Source: Callorhinchus milii (Eukaryota). From it: a DNA stretch of 64,000 nucleotides. Below, in pieces: positions 24,271-38,449 of the stretch (position 1 is the stretch's first letter; each line of letters begins with the position of its first letter). Position numbers and translations under genes: made by a program. The notes below the pieces were generated by a model that made no database searches, was not told the origin of the DNA, and was given only the letters and a program-made list of their open reading frames with translations. The stretch spans positions 15,254,001-15,318,000 of the forward strand of contig NW_024704743.1 in assembly GCF_018977255.1 (NCBI RefSeq). The letters are read 5' to 3'.

Positions 24271-27044
24271 TGTGTGCTATACAGAGCATGTGAATAAATC
24301 CAACTCTGTTCCCAGTGCAGTACTTTAAAATGCAGTTCATTCAGAATAATTGTAAGAGGAGAATTACACAATATTGCAAGATAATAAAAGTAAACAAGTA
24401 GATATGCCCTCTATAATTTGGAAAGTAAACCTTCAGTAGAAGTGTGCATTTGTACACTACCGGCTTTTGTATGAAATTTTAATCTGATCACAATATAAAA
24501 TTTGAGTAAAGACATTCTCAGTAATCATTGGTTAGTTCTTGTAAACTGGTACATAATAGATCCCAATGCGAAGGACAGGTACAAAAAAAAAGGGAAGGAT
24601 AAATTGCTCTGCTGACCCGTTTGAAATCAGCACTGGAAGATGTTATCTGCCCGTCTTGGAATAGCGTGTTTTTTTTCCCCCCATTGCTAAAGATTGCTAA
24701 ATTTGGATATGATTCCTAAAGACTTCAAAGTGACTTTCAAAACTCCATCATTCACAAAAGGATCAAGAGATGTAACTGGTTTCTGAACATGTTTATCAGT
24801 TGTGAACACTTCAGAAAGCATAATTTATCTAAAAGACATACAGGAAGGGAGTTTGTACTTAAGTAAATTATTGTTATATTTTGAAAATATTACTTGACGT
24901 AAAATCAAAACAATTAAACATTAAAAATTGTATTATGGAACCAATGGCCAAGCCACAGCTATTTTGTAAGCTTAATGCATTCTTCAGTAAGTGACCTTTA
25001 ACTGCAATTGATTTTTTTTGATCAGTTGGATGTCTGACACATGTGGAAACCCATCTCTATGCTTCAGAGTAACCAAACCAGACACAGTCCCATGTATGCC
25101 AACCTCACATGAAATTTTCTGTGTCTGGAAATTGAATGCCCACGTTCTCCTGAGAAGGACCAACTGTGTTTACCTAAGTCTGGAGAGTATTAGGTACAGA
25201 TTGGCAAGAGACAGGGCTTTGGGAACCCAGAATGTGTTTTGTGATGCTGTTGGAGTTTACCCAGTTAAAGTCACATAGCTGCCATTCAAAGCACTGTCTC
25301 GCAAGCTTCCAGTTGCCTAAACAGTTAGGACCATGACCCATCAGGACTCTGGCTTTCAGGACTAACTGGAGTGGGAAGAATCCCTGCCCAGTCTGCCCAT
25401 CCAAGTCCTGTTGATGAGCCATGGCTGATGGCATAATCGGAACTTCTAAATACAAGCAAAAAGTGACAAACTCTAGGGAAAGACGTCCACGGGCAGGAAC
25501 AGCATGGTGTGAGGGTTTACTGCAGGTTTTCTGGATGTTTCTGGATGTATTGGGTCTTGCAGGACCCTGGTAGTCAGGTTTAATTTATATCTCCACCTTT
25601 CATTTGCACAAGAAAGGAATCAGTCACAAGCATCCTGGATTTGTGCCCCAATTCACTTAACGGTTTATTCTGTGAAGTGCTTTGAGATGTTTCAACGACG
25701 TGAAAAGGCTCTGTATCAAATGCAAGGATTATTATTACTATGTTCAGTGCACAGTCTCCATGGTAACCTAATTGGAGTTTAAAGCACTAAACAATAATGA
25801 TAATCGTGCATCTTAGCAGCACAAAGTCCCAGATGGAGCTTTGGACACAAGAACACATCTGCACTTCTAAATCTTGGATTAGCCGACAGCTAGCCAACCA
25901 ACAGCAGGGTCTCAGATTATTACATTCCTGTCGATCTCTTCTGAGTAGAGGGTGATTTTGGGGGGAATTGTACTCGTTTGAAGAGTGGACCTACAAGAAT
26001 CTAAACCTCTCATCTTCTAGTCTTGAGTCCAATGCTCAATAACTTCAGTTATCCAGAATGTCACAAATGAACTGTAGCTTCTAACAGTGCAGCCAATGAT
26101 CTAGCTCTTTCAGGAGAAGATTAATAGTTGGACAGACCATACTATTAAATGGGGTGGGAATTGTGTGCACCATTGAGATGGAGTTTATTACTTAAAAGTA
26201 TCTTCCAGATATAGATTCAGAATCTCCCAGTGGGTACATTTCCCACGCTTGTCAAGGAATCAATCATTTTATACAGTGCTGGGGTTCAGTCTAATATCAG
26301 GAATACACCTGAAAACATCCTCTTTAGGGATACATAATTTCTTGATCGCCCTTCGCCTTTGAACAGATGCATTGTCCATAGTGAACAACTATGTGCACTT
26401 TCTCAACATAGGGAAGAGATGTAAGAAGTTGATTGATTAAATCTGCATAGTGAAGGCAAGTGAAACCACCAAGATAGCGTTCAATCCTTTACAACACCCT
26501 TCTTTACCTTCAGCAGTGTGCAGACATAGCTAACAATGAGATTGCTGCGCTGCAACCTTAAGTTTTCAATCACACTTGTTGCAGACTACAAGAATAAGGG
26601 ACCAGAATTGAGACTAAGTTTATTCTATTGCTTTGCACAGCCAGTATCTTGCCAATTTAGCGATTTTGTTGCTAGATCACGTGACTGTTTAGGTCTGTTG
26701 GAGATTTCTTAAGCTTTGCTGCAACAACTCGCAAAATTGCAACTTTTAATGATGACATTCTGGCGACTTTTTGGAATTGGTTACTTCCCGCCTTCATGAG
26801 CCAAGGCGGTGTGTGTGGAGAGAGGGGGATGGAGAGAGCAAGCACATGCCTAGCCAGCTGCCCATCCTCACGGTGCTCCCTGAGAGCTGTAGTCTAGAGC
26901 CCGCCCCCAATGTCCAGACAAAACACACGGTCGAATTATAAGTGGGGCCACACAAAATCACGCTGGTATAGCGGCCACGTTGGAGAAACACTGGTCTAAA
27001 CTGTGAGCTCAAAATTGTTATGGAGTACTTCAACCCAACCTAAA

Positions 27045-27180
27045 ATAAAGGGATTTGATAGGGTAGATACAGAGAAACTATTTCCTCTGGTGGGGGAATC
27101 CAGAACAAGGGGACATAATCTTAAAATTAGAGCTAGGCCATTTAGGAGTGAAATCAGGAGGCAGATTTTCACCCAAAGGT
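27045..27180 (+). mobile_element. CR1 fragment
   Basis: KGFDRVDTEKLFPLVGESRTRGHNLKIR...FTQR. Confidence 0.85.
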
Positions 27181-27401
27181 GAAAATAAACCTCTGATTGA
27201 CTGAAGCTTCCCAATTTGCTTTAATTTAAATAACAATTGGTAGTACCTGTCGACGTGGAAGGATTTATTAGTCAAGTTACACCTAGTTATAGGGACTTGC
27301 GCTCATTAATGAGGATTGAACACAGAGGCCACTCAGTACACTCTGCGAAGCGGAAGCGAGACATATCATGGGTGTACGTATAGGGGTGTAAGAACTGTCT
27401 C
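27181..27401. repeat. Interspersed repeat, partial copy of 34341-34730
   Basis: About 220 bp closely similar to 34510-34730. Confidence 0.8.
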
Positions 27402-28639
27402 ACCTCTTTATTTTATCAATTTTGTTTAGCAATGTAAAATGTGAAACATCCAGTCTTTACGTCAGTTCAAAGTACAATGACTCAGGATTAATCACGCTCT
27501 TAATTACAGGATCTGAACTGTGATCAGAATTTTATGTGGCCTTGAAGCATGCAGACACAAATAATGTGGTTACATGAATATTATTGTATGAGTTTTCATT
27601 ACATGAGACATACAATTAATTGCCAATTGCAGCAGTGGTCTGGGTGGGGTGGAAGGGGATGTGGGTGGGTGGGGTTTGTTGAGTGCTGCTGCAGTGCCTT
27701 GGGTGTATGTTTTCTCAGATGTTTTAAGATCTAGGATGAGCAGACGGTGGTGACCACCATTCACAGAGACAGGAGCCTGCTGAACCCGAATCCACCCTCT
27801 GCATCTTAATCAATATTTATGTAGATATACGCATATATCCACCCACAGGCCATGAACCTGCTGTAACAAGAAACCAACTCTGGATCCACAACCTTTCCTG
27901 CAAACAGCCACAAAACCATTACGTGTAATTTTCATGGTCTTAAATTCCCTTTCATCCCCCACAAAATGCTCTCAAAAATTATTATTAAATAGTACTACAA
28001 TAATAATTTGTGCATTTGATAAAGCATTAAAATGTTAATGCTTCAAAGTGCTTCACATTTAATTTCTGTCAAGTGGATTAAACAAATGAGTGCAACTAGC
28101 CAAATAAGGTAGCAGGTACTGCATCCACTTCCTGCTCCCTATTTCCTCCCGCCCTTCATTCCACAATTAGTGGCCACACCTTCGGCCACTACACCCGAAG
28201 CTTCCTCTAACTTTCTGGCTTTCCCTCTTCTTCCCCATCTTCAGGTCGCTCCTGAAGACCTTCCTCTTCGATCATGCCTTCAGTCACCTCCCCACGGCTC
28301 GGCATGGTGCTCCATCATTGTTAAGCGCTCTGGGACGTTACCTGGCTTGAGGGGAGCTATATAAATGCAATTTTTTGTTGTTGAACACACAGGTCCATAA
28401 AATGACCTTGAAGTGAATGACCAATTTATCCGATGGATTGTTGGCCAGTCTTTTTCCCAATAGTGACCATTAATTAATGGCCACTAGGACAGGTTAAACT
28501 GGACTTTGCTATGATGTCTCATCTGAAGGTTGACACTTCTGAAAATACAACGCTCCCCAGACTAGATTATGAGTGCAAAGTATATGAGACTTTCAGGTGT
28601 CTGTGTGGCCAGTTGTTGCTCGAGGACCTCCGCACCTAC

Positions 28640-30545
28640 CACCTCTCCCTTTCACAGGCCAGAACTCACTTTTGCTCCAAAGTCATCGTGGAGGCAAACA
28701 ACAAGCCAAAGACACTGTTTTCTATCATCCATCATCTCCCCTGTGCACTCCCTCAAGCTCCCTCCATCCTCACATCAAATGCCAAGTGGGAAGAGGTCCT
28801 AGACTTCTTCATCTCAAAGATTAGAAACATCCACTTGGCTGCATCATCCTCCCACCCATGTCCCCTTTCACCCCATCCAGATCATCTCCACCATCTCCCT
28901 CCACCACGGCTCCTACCACTCTCCCCTCCTTACACTCCTTGGCCCCCATTTCTCCCTCCTCCCTCTCAACCCCAATCACCCGGATGAAGTTCACCACCTG
29001 CTGCCTTGAGCCCTCCCCACTCAGCTGCTGGTCACTCAACTCTCCCTCCTCTCCCCTCTGCTGGCCGACACGGTCCTTCTCCTCAGGCACTGTTCCACTG
29101 CCCTGAAAACCATTGTCAAAACACCCTCAATCCCTCTAATCTCTCACACTACCATCCTACCATTTCCAACCTACCCTTCTTTGCCAAAGTCCTGGAACAC
29201 ATTCGATCAACTTTGGTCACACCTCTCCCTCCACTCCCTCCTCGAGCCCCCGCCCTACCCACAGTATAGAGACAGCGCTTGTCAAAGTCACAAAAAGACT
29301 TCCTCTCTATCTGTGGCAAGGGCTCCCTCTGCCTCCTTGTCCTCCTGGATCTCTCAGCCACTTTCGACACAGTCGACCAAGCCATCCTCCTCCATTGGCT
29401 CTCCTCCCTTACCCACCTTAGTGGGACCGCACTCGCATGGTTCGAGACCTACTTAACCAACTGCCTCCATTTCATCTCGGCAAATGGTTTCTCCTCCCGC
29501 CCCCGCACGGTCACCTGCGGGGTACCTCAGTGCTCCATCCTTGGCCCTCTTCTTTTCCTTATCTATATGCTCCCTCTGGGCGATGTCAACTGCAGACACG
29601 TAAATTTCCTTCTGTATGAGGATAACACAGAAATCTACTTTGTCTCCTCTAGTGCCAACTCCATGTTGCCGATGTTCTATCAGCTTGTCTGGCAGACATC
29701 AAAGCCTGGATAAGAGTAAACTTCCTGCAGCTGAATGTAGACAAGATGGAAGCCGTACTCCTTGGCTGCCATCAACATCTCCTGCAGATCTGAACTCCTC
29801 AACCTCCCTGGGCTCTCCCGCACATGCATCAAACCAGTGTGCAATCTAGGCATCCGGTTCAACCCCCAGCTGTTCTTCCTCCCCCATGTTCAAGTCGTTG
29901 ACCAGGATCGCCTTGTTCCATCTCTGCCACATTGCCTGCCTCCGACCATACCTTGCCCCAAATAAAGCCGATAGCCTTGTGCTTGCGTTTGTCACCTCCC
30001 GCCTGGATTACTCAAACGTACTTCTCGTCGGTCTCCCCAGCTCCACTATTCAAAAGATCCAGCTTATTCAGAACCCTGCTGCCCGCTTACTGACCCGGAC
30101 CAAACTCTGTACCCACATCTCACCAGTTCTGGCCAGGCTCCACTGGATCCCCATCAACGAAAAGATTGACTTCAAGATCCTCACACTTGTGTTCAAAAAT
30201 CCTTTCACTGCCTGGCATCTCCCTACCTCTCCGACCTGCTCACTCCCCAATCCACACCCCTGCGCCTCCGCTTGACTGGCACCAGCCTCCTGCTCCTCCC
30301 TTGCACCCCACTATCGGAGGTCGCCCTTTCAGTCACTACACCCCGAAACTCTGGAACACTCTCCATCAATCCCTCCGCCTTGCCCCCCCTCTTCCCCTTT
30401 TCAAGTCCCACCTGAAAACCTTCCTCTTTGACCACCTCTCGATCCAGCCTCCCGACTCGGAGTCAGGCACTGACACTATTAAGGCTCTGAGACGTTACCC
30501 TACATGGCAGGTGCTATATAAATGCAAGTTGTTGTTGCTGTTGTC
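28640..30545 (+). mobile_element. Degraded ~1.9 kb L2-clade LINE (second subfamily)
   Basis: [32 protein letters not shown] and LARLHWIP motifs; (TTG)n tail. Confidence 0.92.
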
Positions 30546-31427
30546 TTGAAGACATGATAAGACCCTATATCAAATGCCAGGATTATTATTATTAAAGTCC
30601 CAATGTGGGTACATGTCCATAGTCTGAATGTGCTGTAGTAATAATAATAATAATTATCCTTGCATATAGTGCCTTATCACATCATTGAAATGTTTCAATC
30701 TCTTTGGTAAACCGATCACAATTTATATATGGACTGTGGAAGAAAAGTGAAAATTATGTTCGTTTCTCAAAAGAATTTCAAAGCACAAAATTCACTGCTA
30801 AAGATCAGCTCCTTAACATAGTGTATGAGCTCCATTCAAGTGGGTGTTTGATGACTTCAATGCAGGGAGCTGAGAAGCTCCTCTTTTTTTGCCTTCTTGC
30901 AGCTGGAAAAGTTACCTCCTTTGTGTGGAGAAATATTTACTGTTGAACCATACCAAATAAGTTGTGTGTAATGTATACTTCAGAAAATTCACCAGCCAGT
31001 TGTACCTGTTTCTTGGCAGACAATGCAGCTGAAAACACTCAGCAATAACTGTGGCTAACCAGAACAGTTGCTGTAAAACACTGAGTTATAGTGACCAGAC
31101 ATCAGGCTAGTCAGAATTGCCCAACATGTCTCAAATATAATGAACAACACTTTCCATTCCAAAACTGAGAAAGCTTCAACTTTATTCTCAGTTCATAGCC
31201 TCTCCCTGTACTCCATCCTCTCTCTGGGATTTGAAACCTCAAGGCATTTTTCATTGCATTTTCTAGATCACACGATTCACCTGAACAACAATCACCTGAA
31301 GTTATGTCTCGGTAGTCAGGCAGGTCCGCAGTATTCCAGGGAACTGCTGATGACAGCACAGGCTCATCGGCAGGATCTGGAAGGGCAGACCACTCACTAG
31401 TGGGGTTGATAGATTTCTAAGGATAAA

Positions 31428-31731
31428 TATAATAATCCTTGCATTTGATATAGCGTTTTTCACATCTTCTAGACATCTTAAAGTGCTTCACAGAATAAAC
31501 TGTAAAGTGAATTGATTGTATATTTGTGGGCGTAACTCAGCAGCCATTTGCGCACAGCAGTGTCCCACAAACAGTCATGGATTGAAATGACCAATTTATT
31601 ATTGGTTTTTTGAGGGATTATTATCAGGCGTGTGGAGTAAGGAAACTTGCCCAAGGTTTCACCCTGCCGGGAATCGAACCCAGGTCTCTCACTGGCAAAG
31701 CGAGTGCTCTAACCACTGAGCTACAGGACTC
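31428..31731 (-). mobile_element. tRNA-derived SINE with intact Pol III boxes, inserted into a CR1 3' end (31400-31872)
   Basis: Minus-strand A box TAGCTCAGTGG and B box GGGTTCGATTCCC; (TTA)n tail; CR1 tail continues at 31735-31872. Confidence 0.88.
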
Positions 31732-32049
31732 CACGATAGAGGGATTAAGGGATATGGGGATAGGGTGGGTAAATGGAATTAGGTTAGAAGATCAGCCATG
31801 ATCTTATTAAATGGCGGGGCAAGCTTGAGGGGCCGAATGGCCTACTCCTGCTCCTACGTCTTATGGTCTTATACATTGTGAAAATAAGAGCCAGTAGTAT
31901 TTAGCTGTTAATGAAGCTATGGAAAGGTTTATATTAGTTTTGGCGGATCTCTTTTCCGCTTCTTTATAATTTGCAGTATGTAAATGACATTATTTCTAAA
32001 TAGCTAAGAAGATTGATGTAAATTAGCCATGAAATGGAGGAGGATGATA

Positions 32050-32400
32050 ATAATAATAATCCTTGCTTTTGATATAGTGCTTTATCATGTCTTCTAGATG
32101 TCTCAAAGTGCTTCACATAATATACTGTAAAGTGGATTGACTGTATATTTTGTGGGTGAAACATGGCCCAGCAGGTGTCCCACAAACATAATTAATTTTT
32201 AATTTTTTTTTGAAGGGATTATTACTCCTGGAAATCAACTAACAACCAAGTTCCTACTTACTGCTAGGTAAACAGAAGCGTGTGGAGTAAGGAAACATGC
32301 CCAAAGTTTCGCCCTGACCAGAAATCGAAACCAGGTCCTCTGCTTGTGAGGCAAAAGCTCTAACCACAAAGCTACAGGATTTCACTAAGCTACAGGACTC
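32050..32400 (-). mobile_element. tRNA-derived SINE, same family
   Basis: Head, body and tail match 31428-31731. Confidence 0.85.
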
Positions 32401-32405
32401 CATCA

Positions 32406-32935
32406 TCTATACTAATAAAGTTGAAATGTCTGTCTATGCGTGTGTATCTGACAACCACGCAATAACCGATTGACGTAGAGACATGATTTATACTTCATCG
32501 GAAAGGACTTTCATCTAGCTGTGTCATTACCATATTTTGGGGGGGGGATCTCCTATTGTTGGTGAGCTATATTAAAATAATCTTTAATTAAGCCCCAAAG
32601 TATGAGGTAGTGATGGAGGAAAGCACACACTGATCAGAGAGATACATCTATATTCTGCAACACATGTATGGCTTTTTTTTGGTTGTTATAGGAGCTAGAG
32701 TATTCCCATGTGGAATAGACAGAGAGAGACACAAAGAGACTGTGAGATAGAGTATATTATAAAGTGTGGTGACTATGTGTTTTGTGGGAGGGACACAGAA
32801 AGACTGAGCGAGAGAAAGACTGTGCTAGTGAGAGAGACTGAAAGAGAGAGAGAGAGACTGGAAGACTGTGAGAGAGACACTGAGAGAGACTGAAAGAGAC
32901 TGTGAGAGAAAATATGTTTAAAGGAGTCCTCCCAG
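32406..32935 (+). mobile_element. Second copy of the Helitron-like family (right end uncertain), with a GA-rich low-complexity insert
   Basis: A|TCTATACTAATAAAG start; shares agagacatgatttata...ggaaagg...atctcctat...ctatattaaaa and gagtcctccca with 8142-8540. Confidence 0.5.
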
Positions 32936-33004
32936 CTTGGTATAGATAAATACAAAAAGTCAGTGTCTGTCTGTGTGTCAATCTACATTCTAAATTGCAT
33001 CCTT

Positions 33005-33220
33005 TGGTTGCAAGCGAATCCTCTCTGGGATAGGCAGCCAGTGCAGTCTGGCAAGGACTTGGGTGATCGGGGAGCGGAGTTTCGTCCGGGTGTCAATGTG
33101 GGCGGCAGAGTTTTGAATGATTTGGATTTTATGGATGGTAGTGGATGGGAGACTGGCGAGGAGGGCGTTAGAGTAGTCCAGCCGAGAGGTGACAAAGGCA
33201 TGGACCAGAGTTTCAGCGGC
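33005..33220 (-). mobile_element. L2 fragment
   Basis: Similar to other L2 3' regions in the window. Confidence 0.8.
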
Positions 33221-34340
33221 TTTTTCAGGACACTATCTTGGGATTGTTACAATCCTTTGGTTTAACATCTCTGCTGAAGGATGGCACTTTTAATAATGCA
33301 GAGCTCCTCCAGCGCTGAATTGGAACATCAGCCTGGACTGTGAGCTCAAAATCAAAGCTTGGGGGGGGGGGTTGAACCCACATCTGTCTGACTCATAGTA
33401 ATAGTCAAGGCACTAGAGGTAAGTTTTTGTCTGACACAATGTTTTATTTTAAAACTGTAGTACTACAGCATACAATAAGAATGCACAGGTCCAGAAAAGA
33501 CCATTGGAGTCTATCCAACCTGTATTGTCATTAAAAAAAACAACATATAAAAAAACTTCACATATAAACAGAGATTAGAATTTAACTCTAAGATGGCCTC
33601 AACATCTGAGTATCAACAAAGCAGTATCTCCATCTCTATGTGTCTATCCATTTATTTTGGTTGTGCTGCGTGTTGATACTGATACTCTGCTTGTTGTTTG
33701 TAGTTTAATCAAACTGGCTTCAGGACTTTATTTTCTTGTTACACAAAGCAGTGTGTACAAATTGAGATCGGTCACGGTCACCACTTTGCTTCCTATGTTT
33801 AAAATATGTTCTGTAAAGTTCACTAAAAGCATTAGCCGGTGTGAGTGCCGTTACTAATCACCGATTGCGCTCTGGGAAACTTGGAAAAAGTCATGAAGTT
33901 CAGTAGAACTGGCGCTTGCGCATTATAAATATATTGAGTAGCCCTTCAAATACATATTTTTTAATGCATTCAAAGTTTTTGATACTTATGGTGCCAACAT
34001 GTCTGACTGTAGCATCTATTGCAACAATTTGGTGGGGCAACTGACTATCTACAATTTGCATAAGTGAAGGGGGAAGGTGTACTGTTTTCATATTAGGTCA
34101 CTTAAAAGATGATTTTGATTGGACCATTGGGTACCCTAATTTGGGGAGGGGCTCAATGTACATAAAAGAATAAGCACCATGTGCTTGTGGGGGTCACTAT
34201 TTTTCTTCTAGAAAACAGCAGGAGGTGTGTGCTTTGACTGTTGATGAGCAGTAGTCAGAGGTTGGTTCTTCGTGCACTTTACATTAACTTCATTACAAGG
34301 GGCTGCTAACGTGTGTAGTTTAAGTGTGATTAATGTTTGT

Positions 34341-34730
34341 TGTCTCATAGTTGCTTTTCTTTATATTTATCGTGTCGTTTAAGATTTAATGCCGAGGGTT
34401 GCGGATTTCATCGAAGCTACAATAAAATTCTGTGCCTTCTCGAGCTTTCTGGAAATCAAAGAAGGAGGCAATGCACAAACAGGTTCAGCCTAGGTCACAG
34501 AGGTGTTCGAAAATAAACCTGATTAACTGAAGCTTCCCAATTTGCTTTAACTTAAATAGCAGTTGGTAGTATATGTCGACATGGAAGAACTCATTAGTCA
34601 AGTTATACCTAGTTATAGGGACTTGCATTCATTAGTGAGGATTGAACACAGAAGCCACCCAGTACACTCTGCGAGGAGGAAGCGAGACATATTGTGGGTG
34701 TACATATAAGGGGGTGTAAGAAGCATCTCA
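34341..34730. mobile_element. Interspersed repeat, possibly a solo LTR (~390 bp)
   Basis: Can be delimited TG...CA, contains AATAAA, partial second copy at 27181-27401 shares the right end; no TSD found. Confidence 0.35.
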
Positions 34731-34780
34731 GATTGTAGCCTCAAATGAAACCCATGAGTTATGTGGCGTTCCCCACGTAT

Positions 34781-34957
34781 AACAACAACAAGATTACATT
34801 TATAGAGTGCCTTTCATGTCGGGAGGACGTCCCAGGGCGCTGGACAGTTGGGCTGGGACCTGAGCAGGGGGGAAATGGTCAGGGTGAAGGGAGGGAAGGA
34901 GCGAGGAGAGGGTAGAGCGTCGAGAGGGGAGCTGAAGGCACGGTTGAAGAGAACCGT
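34781..34957 (-). mobile_element. L2 3' tail of the same subfamily as 14245-15980
   Basis: Reverse complement matches 15755-15975. Confidence 0.88.
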
Positions 34958-37004
34958 GCTTTTTATCATTGCAGATAACCAAAACCATCTTAGAAATAAC
35001 ATCGCCATTTAAATCATTTTCCTTATTGTCCAGCAAACCTTGTTTATATTATTGATAATAATTTATACGCAATGGCACTGAGGAATGCTCGATTATCTCT
35101 TTAAAATGATTCCTTTTGATTTGCAAAAATAATTTTTAATAACAGGCCTGCAGGCCAACTAGAATAAGCAGTCAATTGTTTATATATTAAAAGAGGTTTC
35201 TTGCAATAAACTGAATTAGGATTGGGGGACTAAAATGTGGAACAGGAATACTTAACAGGAAATTTGAGGGTGCAAATGGCAACTTCCCTTTTTTTATGGA
35301 TAGCCGGGTGTCTGACACATGTGGAAACTCATCACCGTGGTTATCAAAGCCAAAATGACAGTTCCGTGCATTCAACCTACACGTGGAAATTCCTATTTAT
35401 TGGAATGGAATTTGTGCTCTCTCCCTGGAGGGATGTATCCTGTTTAACTAATTCCGGAAAGTACTAGGCACAGGTTGGTAAGAACCAAGACTTGGGGATC
35501 CTAGAGTGTGTATTGGAGTCTAACCAACTAAAACTATATAGCTTGCCATTGAGAGCATTGCCTCCCAAGCTTCCCTGCTGCTTGCCCGGCGAGGACCACC
35601 CTTGTATTTAAAGGTTTGGCTTACAGGGTTAATCAGAGCTGAGTGGGTGGATTTCCTGCCCCAGTGACAGCTGCCCCTTCATGTCCTACTTATAAACCAG
35701 TCTGGGATCAGCACTGCCAGTTCAGCTCCAAAGAGACCCTACTTACCCCCCACCAACCTCCCCTCCAAGGAGGACTTCCCTGATTAGAGGGAATTCTGTT
35801 CCAATGCAGTCTATGGCTGGAGGAGATTTCCCCCGAGTTATGGGGAATTTAAATGACATTGCTTATTGAAGAGTTCCAGAAATTGCATGATTTTAGCATT
35901 CCATCAGTGACTTTTTTACCCACAAAATATACAGTCAATTCACTCTACAGTATATTCTGTGAAGCGCTTTGAGACGTCTCAATCATGTGCTAAGGTGCCA
36001 TATCAAATGCAAGAATTATTATTTGCTAAGAAAAAAATTGCTACACACCGTTTCAATTAAAATCCTGCATCTTCAATGTTTTCATAAAAATAGCATTAGG
36101 CAAACAGTTAATGTCTGGACATTTTATTTTAAAAAGGCACATAATAAACTGATAATTGTAATGTAATGACAGGCACAGTGAGTTAGTTATTATTGTTTAG
36201 ATAGGCAACCGTGGATTCTCCACACACACAGCGCCCTCTGCTTTCTAGTACCCAGAAACCAGCTCCTTTGCAAATGCAAAATGCAATCCTGCAATAATCA
36301 GTCATATACGGTAATACTAAATAAATCAGGGGAAAACAACTATTAAAAACACCCAAAAGTAGAGGCAAGTCGTTTAATCCAACTCCAAGATGTGTGTACG
36401 TGATATACGATTTAAGAAAGTGAGTGAAACTCTGTATAAGATTGCCCCTCAGCAATCACACAGAAGCCATCGGAATTGTAATTCTGAAGTTGTTTGTACC
36501 AGATGTAAGTTTTGGACAGGTTGCTGAATGATTGATGTGTAGTGTGTGTCTATGTGTGAATGCCCTTATCTCCACTGGGTTTAGCTCTGACACTGACGTC
36601 AGATAAAGGTAATAAAGCAAGTGGTTCTCAGGTAACACCACCCACCGCTTCCTCTCTCTCAGGATATGTGTGATGTGCGTTTAAACCCAACTTTGTTTTG
36701 CTTTTTATCATTGCAGCGAGCTCTCGACTGAACACTCCGGACCGCACCACAAAATGTTGTTCTGGCACTCCCAACCCGAGCAGTACCATCAGTACCCAAG
36801 CAGTAACAGTTACCTCCGGTAAGCCATTCTGCCTGCCTTCACTTTACATTGCTTTGCCCTTTGCTCACCTCTCTCTGGGGGTGCAACTGAACACAACCAG
36901 CTCCAGCCTCTGTACACATGGCTTCTGCTCATCATCAGGCACTTTAAGTACTCTTTGATGTCTGCTACCAAAACCCATGCAGAATATTGCAGGTTAATAA
37001 TGGA

Positions 37005-37172
37005 CTCTTGCAGATAGTGGCTAGTGTGCTTGCCTCGCAAGCAAGAGGACCAGGGTTTGCTTCCTGAGCGGGACAAAACCTTAAGTTCCTTACTCCACAC
37101 GCCTCTATTTAGCGAGCAGTAAGTAGGAACCCGGTTGTGAGTCGATTGGCAGATCGCTTTCCCCAGGTAATA
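37005..37172 (+). mobile_element. tRNA-SINE 5' portion
   Basis: Degenerate head plus ttccttactccacacgcc...agtaagtaggaacccgg. Confidence 0.75.
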
Positions 37173-37664
37173 ATCCAATATTTTATTTAATGGATACAAA
37201 ACTGTGCTTAGATATTAATCATATTTTGCACACAAAAAAAAGTCACTGGATTTTACAGTAAATCCTGCCAAAATGCTTTGGGGCACACCCCCAACATGAA
37301 GGGTATTTTCCATAGTATATTTTAATGGTAATAATCATCCTTGCATTTGATATAGCGCTTCATTGCTTTGTCTAGTTGTCTCAAATTGCTTAACGGGATG
37401 TACTGTAAAGTGATATGGTAATGATAAGAGCATTAACCTGACAGAACACACTGTGCATTAATTATTGTTGTACAAGGTTTCTCTTTGTCAAATATATGTC
37501 AAAACCTAGCATTTGACATTTCGTGTAGAGCACTTTGACATCACACATACAGATATACACTACTTGCTACCCTAGAGACACCCATAGAACAGGAAGAATG
37601 TTTGGTATGGTTCTTTGTTGATTGACAGACAATTGTAATCTGATTTTACTGTAGTTTTTTTTAA

Positions 37665-37955
37665 AAAGGGATGGGGGAAGAATCATTGACTTGAGGGACA
37701 TAGATATAAGTTTGTCACAAGAAGAATGGAAGGAAAGTTAGGAGAATTTTTTTTACTCAGAGAGCTGTTGGGACTCCTGCCAAGTGGTAGAGGCAGTGTC
37801 CATTGTGGGTTTCAAGAGGGAAGTTGAGAGAAAAATGAAAGATAGAGGATATGGCGTTCCTGTGGGATTGGATGGACAACTTAATTTGAGAGCCGCTGCC
37901 GACTTCGTGAGCTGAATGTTCTCTTTCTGTGCTGTGAATTTTTATGATTCTACGA
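37665..37955 (+). mobile_element. Old CR1 3' end
   Basis: gagggacatagatataag...tttttactcagagag...ctttctgtgctgtgaatttttatgattcta. Confidence 0.7.
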
Positions 37956-38449
37956 TGATTATATACGGGTCACTTATTATAACCAACAATCGCTCATTTT
38001 GATTTCCAAATATTGCATTATTTTAAAGCGTGAAACTTATTTCAAAAGAGAAAAAAGCATTTACATGTTTAAATGGACTTGCAATCCACAGTACAGTACT
38101 GGATATAGATGTTCTTAATATTAATAAGTGTTATGAATTAATATATTAATATTAATTAATATGTTAATGTAATAAATAATGAACATGTCCCAGAATTAAG
38201 TAAGCAGGATGCGTCCCTCCAGGGAGAGAGTGCGCATCCCATACCAACAATCTCTCCAGGATTTCCGTGTGTTGATGGGATGAGTGGAACTCGCAGTTTG
38301 GTTTGGATACTCTTAAGCACGGAGATGGGTTTCGGTACGTGTCAGACACCCGGCTGACAAAAACATACGCTTAATATTGTTTGCCTACAAAATAACAAGG
38401 TCAGGGCACTTGATAGTGTAACCTCCTCCCGATGTGCAGGGTGATATAA

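Noticed and set aside
26940..26992. hAT/Charlie-like terminus CAGTGTTTCTCCAAC on the minus strand
   Set aside because: No partner TIR or 8-bp TSD found.
31650..31731. tRNA gene
   Set aside because: The A and B boxes run straight into a SINE body and tail that recur many times in the window.
32603..32620. let-7-like TGAGGTAGT
   Set aside because: Only 9 nt match, with no mature 3' half or visible hairpin.
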